A stretch of 64,000 bases of DNA. Origin: Steroidobacteraceae bacterium. Lineage in GTDB: Bacteria; Pseudomonadota; Gammaproteobacteria; Steroidobacterales; Steroidobacteraceae. Of this stretch, positions 53,157 through 62,208 are shown in pieces. The DNA lies in the NCBI GenBank assembly GCA_019187185.1, contig JABAQU010000015.1, positions 105,665-169,664 of the forward strand, in the 5' to 3' direction. A program made the position numbers and the translations under genes. Numbering within the stretch: the first letter of the stretch is position 1; each line of letters begins with the position of its first letter. A model generated the notes under the pieces. It saw only the letters and a list, made by a program, of their open reading frames with translations, had not been told where the DNA came from and searched no databases.

Positions 53157-53924
53157 ATGGGATTGGTGGACGGACGACTCGCGATTGTCACCGGCGCCGG
53201 CCAGGGTGTGGGGCGCGGAACGGCGCTCGCGCTCGCCACGGACGGTGCGGCGGTGGCCGTACTCGGGAGAACGGCATCGAGCGTCGAGGAAACCTGCGAG
53301 GAGATCCGTCGCCGGGGCGGCAAGGGCTACCCGGTGATCGGCAATGCGCACGATCGGGATGACATCGCGCGCATGGTCGCGGAAGCCGTCAGGGCCCTCG
53401 GCGGCGTCGACATCCTGGTGAACAACGCGAATTTCTCCGCGAGCAGCATGGGACCGCTGCTGTCGATCTCCGACGACGATCTCGTGCTCGGCTTCATGGC
53501 GGGCCCCGTGTCCACGATGCGCTTCATGAAGGCCTGCTACCCGCACATGAAGGCGCGCGGTCGTGGCGACATCATCAACATGGTGACGTCGGCGATGGTG
53601 CGCTGGGATGCGCGGAATTTCGGCCTGTACGCGGCCTACAAGCAGGCCGTGCGCTCGCTGACCCGTGCGGTGGCGCACGAGTGGGCGCCGGACGGGATCC
53701 GCGCGCTCAACATCGCGCCGCATGCGACGTCGCCGGCGCTGAAGAACTGGACCCGCGAGAAGCCGGAGGAAGCCGCCGAGTTCACGAAGTCGATTCCCGC
53801 AGGGCGGATCGGCGATTGCGAACTCGATATCGGGCGCGGCATCGTCGCGCTGCTGAACAAGGATCTGTCTTACCTGACCGGCGCGACGATTCCGCTCGAC
53901 GGCGGCCAGGCTTACTTCGGTTAG
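53157..53924 (+). CDS. short-chain dehydrogenase/reductase (SDR), atypical
   Basis: 255 aa from ATG 53157, with GAGGAGGGG upstream. LAIVTGAGQGVGRG, NNAN, YAAYKQA. Confidence 0.85.
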   Translation: MGLVDGRLAIVTGAGQGVGRGTALALATDGAAVAVLGRTASSVEETCEEIRRRGGKGYPVIGNAHDRDDIARMVAEAVRALGGVDILVNNANFSASSMGPLLSISDDDLVLGFMAGPVSTMRFMKACYPHMKARGRGDIINMVTSAMVRWDARNFGLYAAYKQAVRSLTRAVAHEWAPDGIRALNIAPHATSPALKNWTREKPEEAAEFTKSIPAGRIGDCELDIGRGIVALLNKDLSYLTGATIPLDGGQAYFG

Positions 53925-53934
53925 GAGAACCGGC

Positions 53935-56073
53935 ATGGGCCGAGGAAGCTATTCTCATCTGTTGTCTCCCGGCCGCATCGGCGGGATGCAACTGAAGAAC
54001 CGCATCGTCGTGACGGCGATGGGAGTGAGTCTCGCCGAGGCGGATGGCACCGTCGGGGAGCGCCTGCTCGCCTACCACGAAGAACAGGCGAAGGGCGGCG
54101 CCGGGCTCATCATCAGCGGCGTCTGCGGCGTCGCGTGGCCGGTCGGTGCGGTCATCAGGAACCAGATCGCACTGTCGGAAGATCGGTTCATTCCGGGCCT
54201 CACGCGGCTCGCCGATGCGGTCCATGCGCACGGCGCGAAATTTGCCGTTCAGCTCCACCATGGCGGCCTCGTGGCCGCCTACGCTCTCGGCCATGGCGAG
54301 CCGATGTGGTGTCCGTCGCTGCCGACGCACGATCCGGATGCGGAGGACGTGACTGATGCGCTCGTCGAGAGCGAATTGCCGATCTTCGCCGGCGGACCGC
54401 AGATCGGGCCGGACAGCTTCAAGGTCGTGAGCACGGACGACATCCAACTCGCGGTGCGGCAGTATGCGGCGGCGGCGGTGCGCGCGCGGGAAGCCGGCGT
54501 CGACGGTGCGGAGATCCACGCCGGTCACGGATACCTGCTCTCGAGCTTCATTTCGCCGCGCAGCAACCATCGCACCGACGAGTACGGCGGCCCGCTCGAA
54601 AACCGGGTGCGCTTCGTGCTCGAAGTCATTCGTGCCGTCCGTGCGGCGACGGGCCCTGATTTCGCGCTCTGGGTGAAGATCGACTCGCAGCAGTTCGGCG
54701 CCGCAGATGGCATCCAGCTGCCGGACGCCGTACGCACAGCGCAGATGATCGAAGCGGCCGGCGCCGATGGCGTGACCGTCTCCTCCTACCACGATGTCGG
54801 CCGGCTCAAGCTGCATTCGGAATCGAACATCCCGCACATTCCCGGCTGGAACCTGCCGGCGGCCGCCGAAATCAGGCGCGCGATCGGCATTCCGGTCATC
54901 GCTTCGGGCCGTGTCGAACCCGACGTCGCCGATGGGAAGATCGCGGCAGGCGCGTTCGATTTCCTCGGCATGGGACGCAAGCTGCTGGCCGACCCGCACC
55001 TGCCGCGCAAGCTCGCCGAAGGCGCTCCCGGGACGATCCGGCCCTGCATCTACTGCTACACCTGTGTCAGTGCGATATACCTGCTCGACTCGGTGCGCTG
55101 CGCGGTCAATGCCGATCTCGCATTCGAGTACCTGCATCGGGGCGGTCGCAGTGCTGCGCCGAAGCGCTACGTCGTCGTCGGGGGCGGGCCCGGAGGCATG
55201 GAGGCCGCGCTGCGCCTCGATGCGCAAGGACACAAGGTCACGCTGCTCGAGCGCACGGCACGTCTCGGTGGCACATTGCAGATCGCCGCGCTGCCGTATG
55301 AGCCGAATGAACGGCTGCTCGACTGGTTGCGCGCACGGATTGCGGCATCGGGCGTCGAGGTCAGGCTCGGGACACCAGCCACACCCGAGCTCGTGGCGGC
55401 GCTTGCGCCGCATGCCGTGCTGGTCGCCACCGGTGCGCGGCGCGACCTGCCGCCCATTCCCGGCGCCGATCTGCCGCAGGTATTGAGCGGGGACGACCTG
55501 CGCCGGATGTTGCTGGGTCAGTCGAATCCCGAACTCGCGAGGAAGCTGCCGCTCGCGGCCCGCATGGCAACGAGGGCCGGCGCTGCGCTCGGCCTGACCG
55601 CGGACCCCGCGTTCGTCCGCAAGGCAACCCGGCAGTGGATGCCGCTCGGCAAGCGGATCGTCATCATCGGCGGCGAACTGGTCGGCATCGAGCTCGCCGA
55701 GTTCCTGGTCGAACGGGGGCGCAGTGTCGCCGTCGTGGAGGAAGGGGCGCGCATGGGCGCCGGCCTGCAGCTCGTGCGGCGCATGCGGATCCTCGCGGAA
55801 CTGCGCGAGCACGGCGTGTCGCTGATGACCGGTGCACGGGACATCCGCATCGAGGCGGCAGGCGTCCGCTTCGTCGACGGGGGCGGAATGGAGAAAGTGT
55901 TGGGCGCAGACCACGTGATCGTGGCGCGCGGCGCTGCCGGCGATACGGCGACGGCCGAGGCCCTGCGCGCGGCCGGACTCGACGTGCACGCATTCGGCGA
56001 CTGCACCGGCGTCGGCTACATCGAGGGTGCCATTCGGGGTGCCGCGAATCTCGTCGCCGAACTCACGCAGTGA
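53935..56073 (+). CDS. FadH-like 2,4-dienoyl-CoA reductase type enzyme (OYE TIM barrel + 4Fe-4S + FAD/NAD(P)-binding domains)
   Basis: 712 aa. LKNRIVVTAMG, QLHHGG, RTDEYGG, Cys cluster RPCIYCYTCVS...RCAVN, dinucleotide folds VVVGGGPGGMEAA and IVIIGGELVGIELAEFL. Confidence 0.9.
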   Translation: MGRGSYSHLLSPGRIGGMQLKNRIVVTAMGVSLAEADGTVGERLLAYHEEQAKGGAGLIISGVCGVAWPVGAVIRNQIALSEDRFIPGLTRLADAVHAHGAKFAVQLHHGGLVAAYALGHGEPMWCPSLPTHDPDAEDVTDALVESELPIFAGGPQIGPDSFKVVSTDDIQLAVRQYAAAAVRAREAGVDGAEIHAGHGYLLSSFISPRSNHRTDEYGGPLENRVRFVLEVIRAVRAATGPDFALWVKIDSQQFGAADGIQLPDAVRTAQMIEAAGADGVTVSSYHDVGRLKLHSESNIPHIPGWNLPAAAEIRRAIGIPVIASGRVEPDVADGKIAAGAFDFLGMGRKLLADPHLPRKLAEGAPGTIRPCIYCYTCVSAIYLLDSVRCAVNADLAFEYLHRGGRSAAPKRYVVVGGGPGGMEAALRLDAQGHKVTLLERTARLGGTLQIAALPYEPNERLLDWLRARIAASGVEVRLGTPATPELVAALAPHAVLVATGARRDLPPIPGADLPQVLSGDDLRRMLLGQSNPELARKLPLAARMATRAGAALGLTADPAFVRKATRQWMPLGKRIVIIGGELVGIELAEFLVERGRSVAVVEEGARMGAGLQLVRRMRILAELREHGVSLMTGARDIRIEAAGVRFVDGGGMEKVLGADHVIVARGAAGDTATAEALRAAGLDVHAFGDCTGVGYIEGAIRGAANLVAELTQ

Positions 56074-56837
56074 CGACCGGACTGCAACTCATCGCGGTAC
56101 CGGACATGCCGCTGGTGCAGGCCGGGGACGACCTGGCCGGGCTCATCATCGAGAGGCTGGCCGCGGCTGGTCAAGTCCCGAGGGACGATGATGTCATCGT
56201 CATTGCACAGAAAATCGTCTCGAAGGCGGAAGGCCGCATCGTCGACCTGACATCGGTCGAGCCCTCGGCCCGCGCCGAGGAACTGGCGATCGTGCTCGCC
56301 AAGGATCCACGACTTGTCGAACTCATCCTGTCCGAATCACGGCGCGTCGTGCGCGCCGTGAGGAATGTGCTCATCGTCGAGCATCGACTCGGCCTGATCA
56401 TGGCCAACGCGGGTGTCGACCAGTCGAATGTCGCCGATCCGGACGGTCCTCCGCTTGCGCTGCTGCTGCCGAAGGATCCGGATGCCAGCGCGTCGCGACT
56501 CCGGGAGGATATTCATCGCCGGCTCGGCTGCCGTGTCGGCGTCGTCATCAACGACAGCTTCGGCCGTCCGTGGCGGGTGGGTACCGTGGGCGTGGCGATC
56601 GGCTGTGCGGGCCTGCCGGCAGTCGTCGACCGGCGCGGCGATCCCGACCTCTTCGGCCGGACACTGCAGACGACGGTCGTCGCATATGCCGACGAGATCG
56701 CGGCGGCCGCGTCCCTGCTCATGGGCCAGGCGGAGGAGTCGCGCCCGGTGATCCTCGTGCGCGGACTGCGGTCGGACAAGCCGCATCAGGCGGCGACCGC
56801 GCTGCTGCGTCCGCGGGGCGAGGATCTGTTCCAGTGA
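56070..56837 (+). CDS. cofE: coenzyme F420-0:L-glutamate ligase, single-domain CofE type
   Basis: 255 aa from GTG 56070, with GTGA overlap on the FadH-like stop. [49 protein letters not shown]. There is no C-terminal nitroreductase-like domain as in FbiB. Confidence 0.85.
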   Translation: MTTGLQLIAVPDMPLVQAGDDLAGLIIERLAAAGQVPRDDDVIVIAQKIVSKAEGRIVDLTSVEPSARAEELAIVLAKDPRLVELILSESRRVVRAVRNVLIVEHRLGLIMANAGVDQSNVADPDGPPLALLLPKDPDASASRLREDIHRRLGCRVGVVINDSFGRPWRVGTVGVAIGCAGLPAVVDRRGDPDLFGRTLQTTVVAYADEIAAAASLLMGQAEESRPVILVRGLRSDKPHQAATALLRPRGEDLFQ

Positions 56838-57781
56838 GCGGCAAGGTTCTCGCGCTGGCCGGGGGCATCGGCGGCGCCAAGCTCGTGCTCGGCCTGGCGC
56901 GTGTGCTCGGTGACGGTGAGCTCGTCGTCGTCGGCAACACCGGCGATGACTTCAATCACCTCGGCTTCAGTATTTCGCCGGACCTCGACACGCTGCTCTA
57001 CACGCTCGCCGGCCTCGCGGACCGCTCGCGCGGCTGGGGTCGCCGGCGCGAAACATGGAAGTTCATGGCGGCGCTCGAGCAACTCGGCGGCCCTAGCTGG
57101 TTTCGCCTCGGAGACGCCGATCTCGCCCTGCACGTCGAGCGGACTCGGCGACTGGCGTCAGGCGAGAGCCTGACATCCGTGATGGATCACTTGCGTCGCG
57201 AACTCGGTGTGGCCACGCGCCTCGTGCCGATGACCGACGATCCGGTACGTACGCGGCTGCGCTCCGGCCGCGAATGGCTGGACTTCCAGGATTATTTCGT
57301 GCGCCTGCGCTGCGAGCCCGCCGTGGAGGAAATTGCCTATGTCGGCGCCGAATCCGCACGGCCGCAGCCCGAGATCCTGGCGCTCCTCGGCGGCAAGGAC
57401 CTGCGAGCGGTCGTCATCTGCCCATCCAATCCGTTCCTCAGCATCGAGCCCATCCTCGCGATTCCGGGCATGCGGTCCGCGATCGCGCAATGCGCTGCGC
57501 CGGTCGTGGCGGTGTCGCCGATCATCGCCGGCCGGGCCGTCAAGGGTCCGACGGCCAAGATGATGCGCGAATTCGGCATCGAGGTGACGGCGACCGCGGT
57601 CGCGCGCCATTACGCCCGGCTGATCGATGTGTTCGTGGTCGACGAAGCAGATGTCGATGCCGAGGTTCCGGGCGAGGTCGAATGCGTTACCGCGAGCACA
57701 CTCATGGTCACGCTCGCCGACCGCAAACGGCTGGCACGTTCGGTGCTCGCCGCGGCCGACGCCATCTCACGCTCCCGGTAA
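56834..57781 (+). CDS. cofD: 2-phospho-L-lactate transferase (LPPG:FO transferase)
   Basis: 315 aa from GTG 56834, with GTGA overlap on the cofE stop. VLALAGGIGGAKLVLGL, VVGNTGDDFNHLGFSISPDLDTLLYTLAG, VICPSNPFLSIEPIL. Confidence 0.9.
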   Translation: MSGKVLALAGGIGGAKLVLGLARVLGDGELVVVGNTGDDFNHLGFSISPDLDTLLYTLAGLADRSRGWGRRRETWKFMAALEQLGGPSWFRLGDADLALHVERTRRLASGESLTSVMDHLRRELGVATRLVPMTDDPVRTRLRSGREWLDFQDYFVRLRCEPAVEEIAYVGAESARPQPEILALLGGKDLRAVVICPSNPFLSIEPILAIPGMRSAIAQCAAPVVAVSPIIAGRAVKGPTAKMMREFGIEVTATAVARHYARLIDVFVVDEADVDAEVPGEVECVTASTLMVTLADRKRLARSVLAAADAISRSR

Positions 57782-58126
57782 CCACCGGGCGCCTGGACTA
57801 GCGGTCGCCCGAGATCTGGTGACGGACCATCGAGACCACCTGGGCAACCAGCAGGCCGAGGGTGGCGATGCATTGAAAGGCGACGAATTCCATGGAGGCG
57901 CTCCGGCAAGGTAGCAGGGTCAAGTGCAGGGGCGCGCATGATAGGGACGCCGCGCGGCGGCCGCCGGACATGCCGCACGAATCCGGGAGATTGTGGCGTT
58001 CCGGCCGCCCGACGCCCGCGCGCCTGTGCCGGGCTGGCCGATGCGCGGTGACATAACGCGCCCTTGCTTGCCGGGCTATTGCACGGGCCGCTACATTCGG
58101 CCGCTCACTTGCTGGAGGATCATGGC

Positions 58127-59026
58127 ATGACGACAGCGACATCGGCCCCGGCCGCGGGACTCGGGCGGCTCGCCGCCCCGCCATTCGTGGGTATCCTGGC
58201 GTTCGTGGCCGTACTCGGCATCGTGCCGCTGATGCACAGTGTCCTGCAGCTCGTGCTGGATGAATTCCCCGAGGGCTACGACACGCCGGTCAGTCTCGGC
58301 ATCGGTGCCGTCGCGGTCGGCCTGATGATCTACGGCTCCCTGAGCCGGAGCGAGGCCGTCGGCACGTGGCTCGGCTTCATCGCCGCGCACCTCGTCTGGT
58401 CGGGCTGGATCGAGCTGTCGTTCCGTTTCAACCCGGTCTACATGGGCATGGGCCCGTTGATCGTCGACGGCGAGCATGTCCTGTCGGCCAGCCTGCTGTT
58501 CGTCGAGGCGACCGTCGGCCTGCTGATGGCGACGCTGCCGTTTTTCGTGTTCAACAAGGATACGCGTTGCAATGCCTTCATGTGGATCCAGCGCATGTGC
58601 CGTTACGACGCGGGCAAGCCGTCGGCGGCGAGCGAGCGCAATTTCGCGCGGATCACGTTCCTCGAGGTCCTGTACGTGGTCTGGTTCTGCTATGCCGTGT
58701 CGCTGTTCCTCGTCGATTCGCGGTTCTTCGGCCTGCATCACCCGGTGACCTATGTCGCGACTTTCCTGCTCGCGATCTGGGCCTTCTACCTCCTGATGCG
58801 GCTCGCGCGCTTCACCCGCATCCTGGCCGCGGTGCGCTACTCGATCCCGACCGCGGGCGTCATGTGGATCACGATCGAGATCACGCAGGAGTGGGGCCTC
58901 TACGAGGAGTTCTGGACGAAGCCGCGGGAATACGCCCTCGAGATGAGCCTGCTGCTCGGCGCCTTCGTCGTCGCATTGGTGCTCGCCGTCGTGATGCCGC
59001 GCCGGCGCACGGTCAGGCCCGATTGA
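58127..59026 (+). CDS. integral membrane protein of unknown function
   Basis: 299 aa from ATG 58127, with GGAGGA upstream. About 7 hydrophobic segments. I recognise no family. Confidence 0.7.
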   Translation: MTTATSAPAAGLGRLAAPPFVGILAFVAVLGIVPLMHSVLQLVLDEFPEGYDTPVSLGIGAVAVGLMIYGSLSRSEAVGTWLGFIAAHLVWSGWIELSFRFNPVYMGMGPLIVDGEHVLSASLLFVEATVGLLMATLPFFVFNKDTRCNAFMWIQRMCRYDAGKPSAASERNFARITFLEVLYVVWFCYAVSLFLVDSRFFGLHHPVTYVATFLLAIWAFYLLMRLARFTRILAAVRYSIPTAGVMWITIEITQEWGLYEEFWTKPREYALEMSLLLGAFVVALVLAVVMPRRRTVRPD

Positions 59027-59480
59027 CGCGGCACGCGTAGCAGCCGTGGCGGGCGTTGTGCACGTGCAGGTAGCGGACTGAGGGCGCGCCGAAGAAGCGT
59101 TCGATCAGCGCTTCGAGTCCCGTCCCCGGGGTGACATCGGCGTCGAGCAGATCGTCACGTTCGTTGTATGCGCGCACCGAAAGCAGGCGGCGGCGCTGCT
59201 GTTCGGGCACTTCGCCCACGGCAAGCCGCGCCGCCGTGGCATGCCGGCGCACGAAGATCGGCCCCGACGATGCATACGGCCCGGTCGTCTGCTGATGCGG
59301 CCACGACAGCAGCAGCAGTTCCTCGCCGGCCTGCGCATCCTCGAGCGAGACGCGACAGGGATAGGCGTGCGGCGCGTCGGCGATGCGGGTCGCGATCCCG
59401 CGCGCGGCAAGCGCATTTGAATCGAGCGCGAACAACGGCGCGAAGGGTTCGGCGGGGAGTCCGACGATCTGGAATTTCAT
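59013..59480 (-). CDS. DUF1203 family protein
   Basis: 155 aa from ATG 59480. MKFQIVGLPAEPFAPLF...YPCRVSLEDAQAGEELLLLS...YASSGPIFVR...YLHVHNARHGCYACRV matches my memory of DUF1203. The 3' end overlaps the convergent membrane-protein gene by 14 nt. Confidence 0.75.
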   Translation of the reverse strand: MKFQIVGLPAEPFAPLFALDSNALAARGIATRIADAPHAYPCRVSLEDAQAGEELLLLSWPHQQTTGPYASSGPIFVRRHATAARLAVGEVPEQQRRRLLSVRAYNERDDLLDADVTPGTGLEALIERFFGAPSVRYLHVHNARHGCYACRVNRA

Positions 59481-59482
59481 GT

Positions 59483-59502
59483 ATGCAGGATGCGTCCTGC
59501 AT
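59483..59502 (-). promoter_or_regulatory. 8-bp perfect hairpin (ATGCAGGA-TGCG-TCCTGCAT) 2 nt upstream of the DUF1203 start codon, containing its AGGA Shine-Dalgarno
   Basis: Read directly from the sequence. On the minus strand the sequence is ATGCAGGACGCATCCTGCAT-AC-ATG. Confidence 0.35.
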
Positions 59503-59559
59503 TGCCGCGGCACACTCCGGATCCTGCGCCCGAATCCGTACTTTGAGATGCGTCAAGCT

Positions 59560-59574
59560 ACAACGAATCGTTGT
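59560..59574. promoter_or_regulatory. 15-nt palindrome ACAACGA-A-TCGTTGT about 95 nt upstream of a TonB-dependent receptor gene; candidate operator
   Basis: Read directly from the sequence. Relatively AT-rich for this genome. Confidence 0.3.
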
Positions 59575-59668
59575 GGCCCATCCCCGGATGGTTGTTGGAC
59601 AGCATTTCGCGGGCATCGCTAGGCTCGGCGAGCGAGCAAGTCGCACGTGTTCGCGCCAGGGGAGCTGC

Positions 59669-62191
59669 ATGAAACCGTTCGTTCGCGTCTGCATTGCAAT
59701 GTCGTCGATTCTCGGCGCCGCCACCGCCCTTGCGCAGGAGGCCGCCCAGAACGCCGTCACGCTCGACGAAATCGTCGTCACGGCGCGGCGTGCCGAGGAG
59801 AACCTGCAGAAGGTGCCGCTGTCGATCACCGCGATCGGCGAGTCGGACATCCAGGCGATGGGCCTCTCGCGCGTGGAGGACATCGCGGCCATGACGCCGG
59901 GCTTCTCGTTCCGCCAGGGCTTCGGGCGCGGCTTCGAACGCCCCGTGATCCGCGGCATGTCGAACATACAGGGTGCGGCCAACGCGGCGTTCTTCATCGA
60001 CGGTGTGTTCGTCAACGGCGCCATCACGGGCTACAACCTCGACAATGTCGAGCGCATCGAGGTGATCCGGGGTCCGCAGTCCGCACTGTTCGGCCGCAGC
60101 ACCTTTGCGGGTGCGATCAATTACGTGACGCGCAAGCCGACGGACGATTACGAAGGCAGCGTCAAGGTCTCCGCCGGCGAGTTCAATTACCAGGACATGA
60201 GCGCCTGGCTCAGCGGTCCGATCATCGACGGGCAGCTGAGGTTCCAGCTGAATGGCCGCTATTACAACAAGGACGGCCAGTACACGAATCTCGTGTCCGG
60301 AACGAAGGATATCGGTGGCCAGCGCACGAAGTCGGTGGGTGCCGTGCTCGACTGGACGCCGACGGGATGGTTCGACGCCACGCTGCGCGCGAATTATTCG
60401 GTCGACGCGGACGGACTGGCCCAGCTCGTCCGCCTCGGGGGCCCGGGGACGGGCCTGACCGCGGCCGACGTGCGCAATTGCTACCCGCCGCTGCCGGGGA
60501 CACGGCGTCGCGGCTACTTCTGCGGCGTCGTGCCGGTATTCGACTTCCTCTCCGCCAACACGACGAACTACCGCGATGCCGGGCTCCAGCCGGGCCGGCA
60601 GGTGAACACGTTCCGTTCGAGCCTCGTGATGAGCGCCACCTGGCGCGACTACGTGTTCACGTCGACGACCAGTCTCGATCGCATCAGCAACTACGGGGCA
60701 GCCGACCAGGACTACAGTTCGCTGCGCGGCTTCGGCGGCGCATTCGAGTCCGTCGGCTTCTCGAACACCGACTACTGGAGCCAGGAGCTGCGCGCCGCGT
60801 CGCCGCGCACGGGGCGTCTGCGCTGGCAGGCGGGTCTCTACACGTACGAAGTGAATCCGGACAAGACCGCCTGGTCGGGCAGCCTCGTCGCCAATCCCAT
60901 GGCGGGCCTGCCGGACCTGCCGGCCGTGATCACGCCGCAGGCCGTGGATTCGAGCACGAAGAACGAAGCGGTATTCGCCATGCTCGAGTTCGATCTGCTC
61001 GACGATCTGACACTGACCGCCGAAGGCCGATACGCGGAGGACAAGATCCACACGGGTGGGCGCTCCAGATTCTCGAAGTCGAGCAACAGCGGGTTCGTAC
61101 CGGGCAGCTATTCGAGCGGCTGCACGGTCGCCAGCACGCCGATTGCCGGCAGCCCGAACCGCCAGACCCTGACTTGCTCGAATGCCTACGTGAACGACTC
61201 CTCGTTCAAGAATTTTCTGCCGCGCCTCACGGCAACCTGGCTCGTGTCGGACACGATGACGCTCTACGCACAGTATGCGAAGGGCAACAAGCCCGGTGGC
61301 TTCAATGCGGACGCCGAGAATGCGCGCACGGTACCGGCGGATCGCAGTGCGCTCGCGACGCTCGGCCTGCTGTCGTTCGACGAGGAGGAGGCGGACAGCT
61401 ACGAAGTGGGGTTCAAGAGCCGCCTGTTCGACCGGCGCGTGCAGTTCAACACGGCGCTGTATTTCATCGACTGGACCAATCAGCAGCTGACGCAGACGAG
61501 CCCCGTGCGCGAAGAGGGCACGCCCGTGGGGGCGCCGGCGACGCCGCAGTTCACCACGTCGTATACGTCGAATCTCGGCAAGTCCGAGATCCGTGGCCTC
61601 GAAATCGAAATGCTCGCCGCGCTCAACCGGAACTGGGATCTGCGCATGACATATGCGCTGCAGGATGCCGAGATCAAGGAGTACCTGAGCTCGGACCAGT
61701 CCGATCTCGTCTTCGCGGGCCCGTACACCGGCTGCATCGCGGGTTCACAGTGCTATGCGGACTACCTTGCGGCCGGCGACCTGCGAGGCAACAAGCTGCC
61801 GCGCGTGCCGAAGCACCTGGCGTCGGCCTCGCTCGCGGCACACTACCCGATCGGCAACTGGGGTACGTTCAACTGGCGGGCCGATTACAGCTACGAGGCG
61901 AGCCGCTACGCGCAGGTACACAACCTCGCGGAGACCGGCGACTCGAACGTGGTCAACATGCGCGTCGGAATCGAGCGGGACGCATGGACGGCCACGCTCT
62001 GGGTCAACAATCTCACCGACGACAAGACTGCGATCGACATCATGCGCACCGTGGATCCGGCACTGTTCATCATCGTGCCCGTGCAGCCTCCGCTGCCGGG
62101 CACGGTGAGCGCGACGAATGCGCGTGATTTCGCGGTGACGCTGCCGGATCGGCGCATGTACGGGCTAACCCTGACGTACCGCTTCCGCTGA
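59669..62191 (+). CDS. TonB-dependent receptor (no STN domain)
   Basis: 840 aa from ATG 59669, with GGGGAG upstream. Signal peptide ending ATALAQE, plug DEIVVTARRAEENLQKVPLSITAI, C-terminal GLTLTYRFR. The ORF-track start at 59168 was rejected. Confidence 0.9.
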   Translation: MKPFVRVCIAMSSILGAATALAQEAAQNAVTLDEIVVTARRAEENLQKVPLSITAIGESDIQAMGLSRVEDIAAMTPGFSFRQGFGRGFERPVIRGMSNIQGAANAAFFIDGVFVNGAITGYNLDNVERIEVIRGPQSALFGRSTFAGAINYVTRKPTDDYEGSVKVSAGEFNYQDMSAWLSGPIIDGQLRFQLNGRYYNKDGQYTNLVSGTKDIGGQRTKSVGAVLDWTPTGWFDATLRANYSVDADGLAQLVRLGGPGTGLTAADVRNCYPPLPGTRRRGYFCGVVPVFDFLSANTTNYRDAGLQPGRQVNTFRSSLVMSATWRDYVFTSTTSLDRISNYGAADQDYSSLRGFGGAFESVGFSNTDYWSQELRAASPRTGRLRWQAGLYTYEVNPDKTAWSGSLVANPMAGLPDLPAVITPQAVDSSTKNEAVFAMLEFDLLDDLTLTAEGRYAEDKIHTGGRSRFSKSSNSGFVPGSYSSGCTVASTPIAGSPNRQTLTCSNAYVNDSSFKNFLPRLTATWLVSDTMTLYAQYAKGNKPGGFNADAENARTVPADRSALATLGLLSFDEEEADSYEVGFKSRLFDRRVQFNTALYFIDWTNQQLTQTSPVREEGTPVGAPATPQFTTSYTSNLGKSEIRGLEIEMLAALNRNWDLRMTYALQDAEIKEYLSSDQSDLVFAGPYTGCIAGSQCYADYLAAGDLRGNKLPRVPKHLASASLAAHYPIGNWGTFNWRADYSYEASRYAQVHNLAETGDSNVVNMRVGIERDAWTATLWVNNLTDDKTAIDIMRTVDPALFIIVPVQPPLPGTVSATNARDFAVTLPDRRMYGLTLTYRFR

Positions 62192-62208
62192 TTCCGTAGA
62201 CTCGCGCG

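Noticed and set aside
53782-55989. 735-aa ORF on the minus strand
   Set aside because: It lies antisense to the FadH-like reductase gene, which has OYE, 4Fe-4S and dinucleotide-binding motifs.
59168-59668. N-terminal 167-residue extension of the third TonB-receptor ORF
   Set aside because: The extension is Arg/Ala-rich and overlaps the DUF1203 gene on the opposite strand. A signal peptide and an RBS-preceded ATG occur at 59669.
59481-59668. Cobalamin or TPP riboswitch upstream of the TonB-dependent receptor
   Set aside because: I could not find the B12-box or the conserved TPP CUGAGA/ACCUGA elements. Only short palindromes are present.
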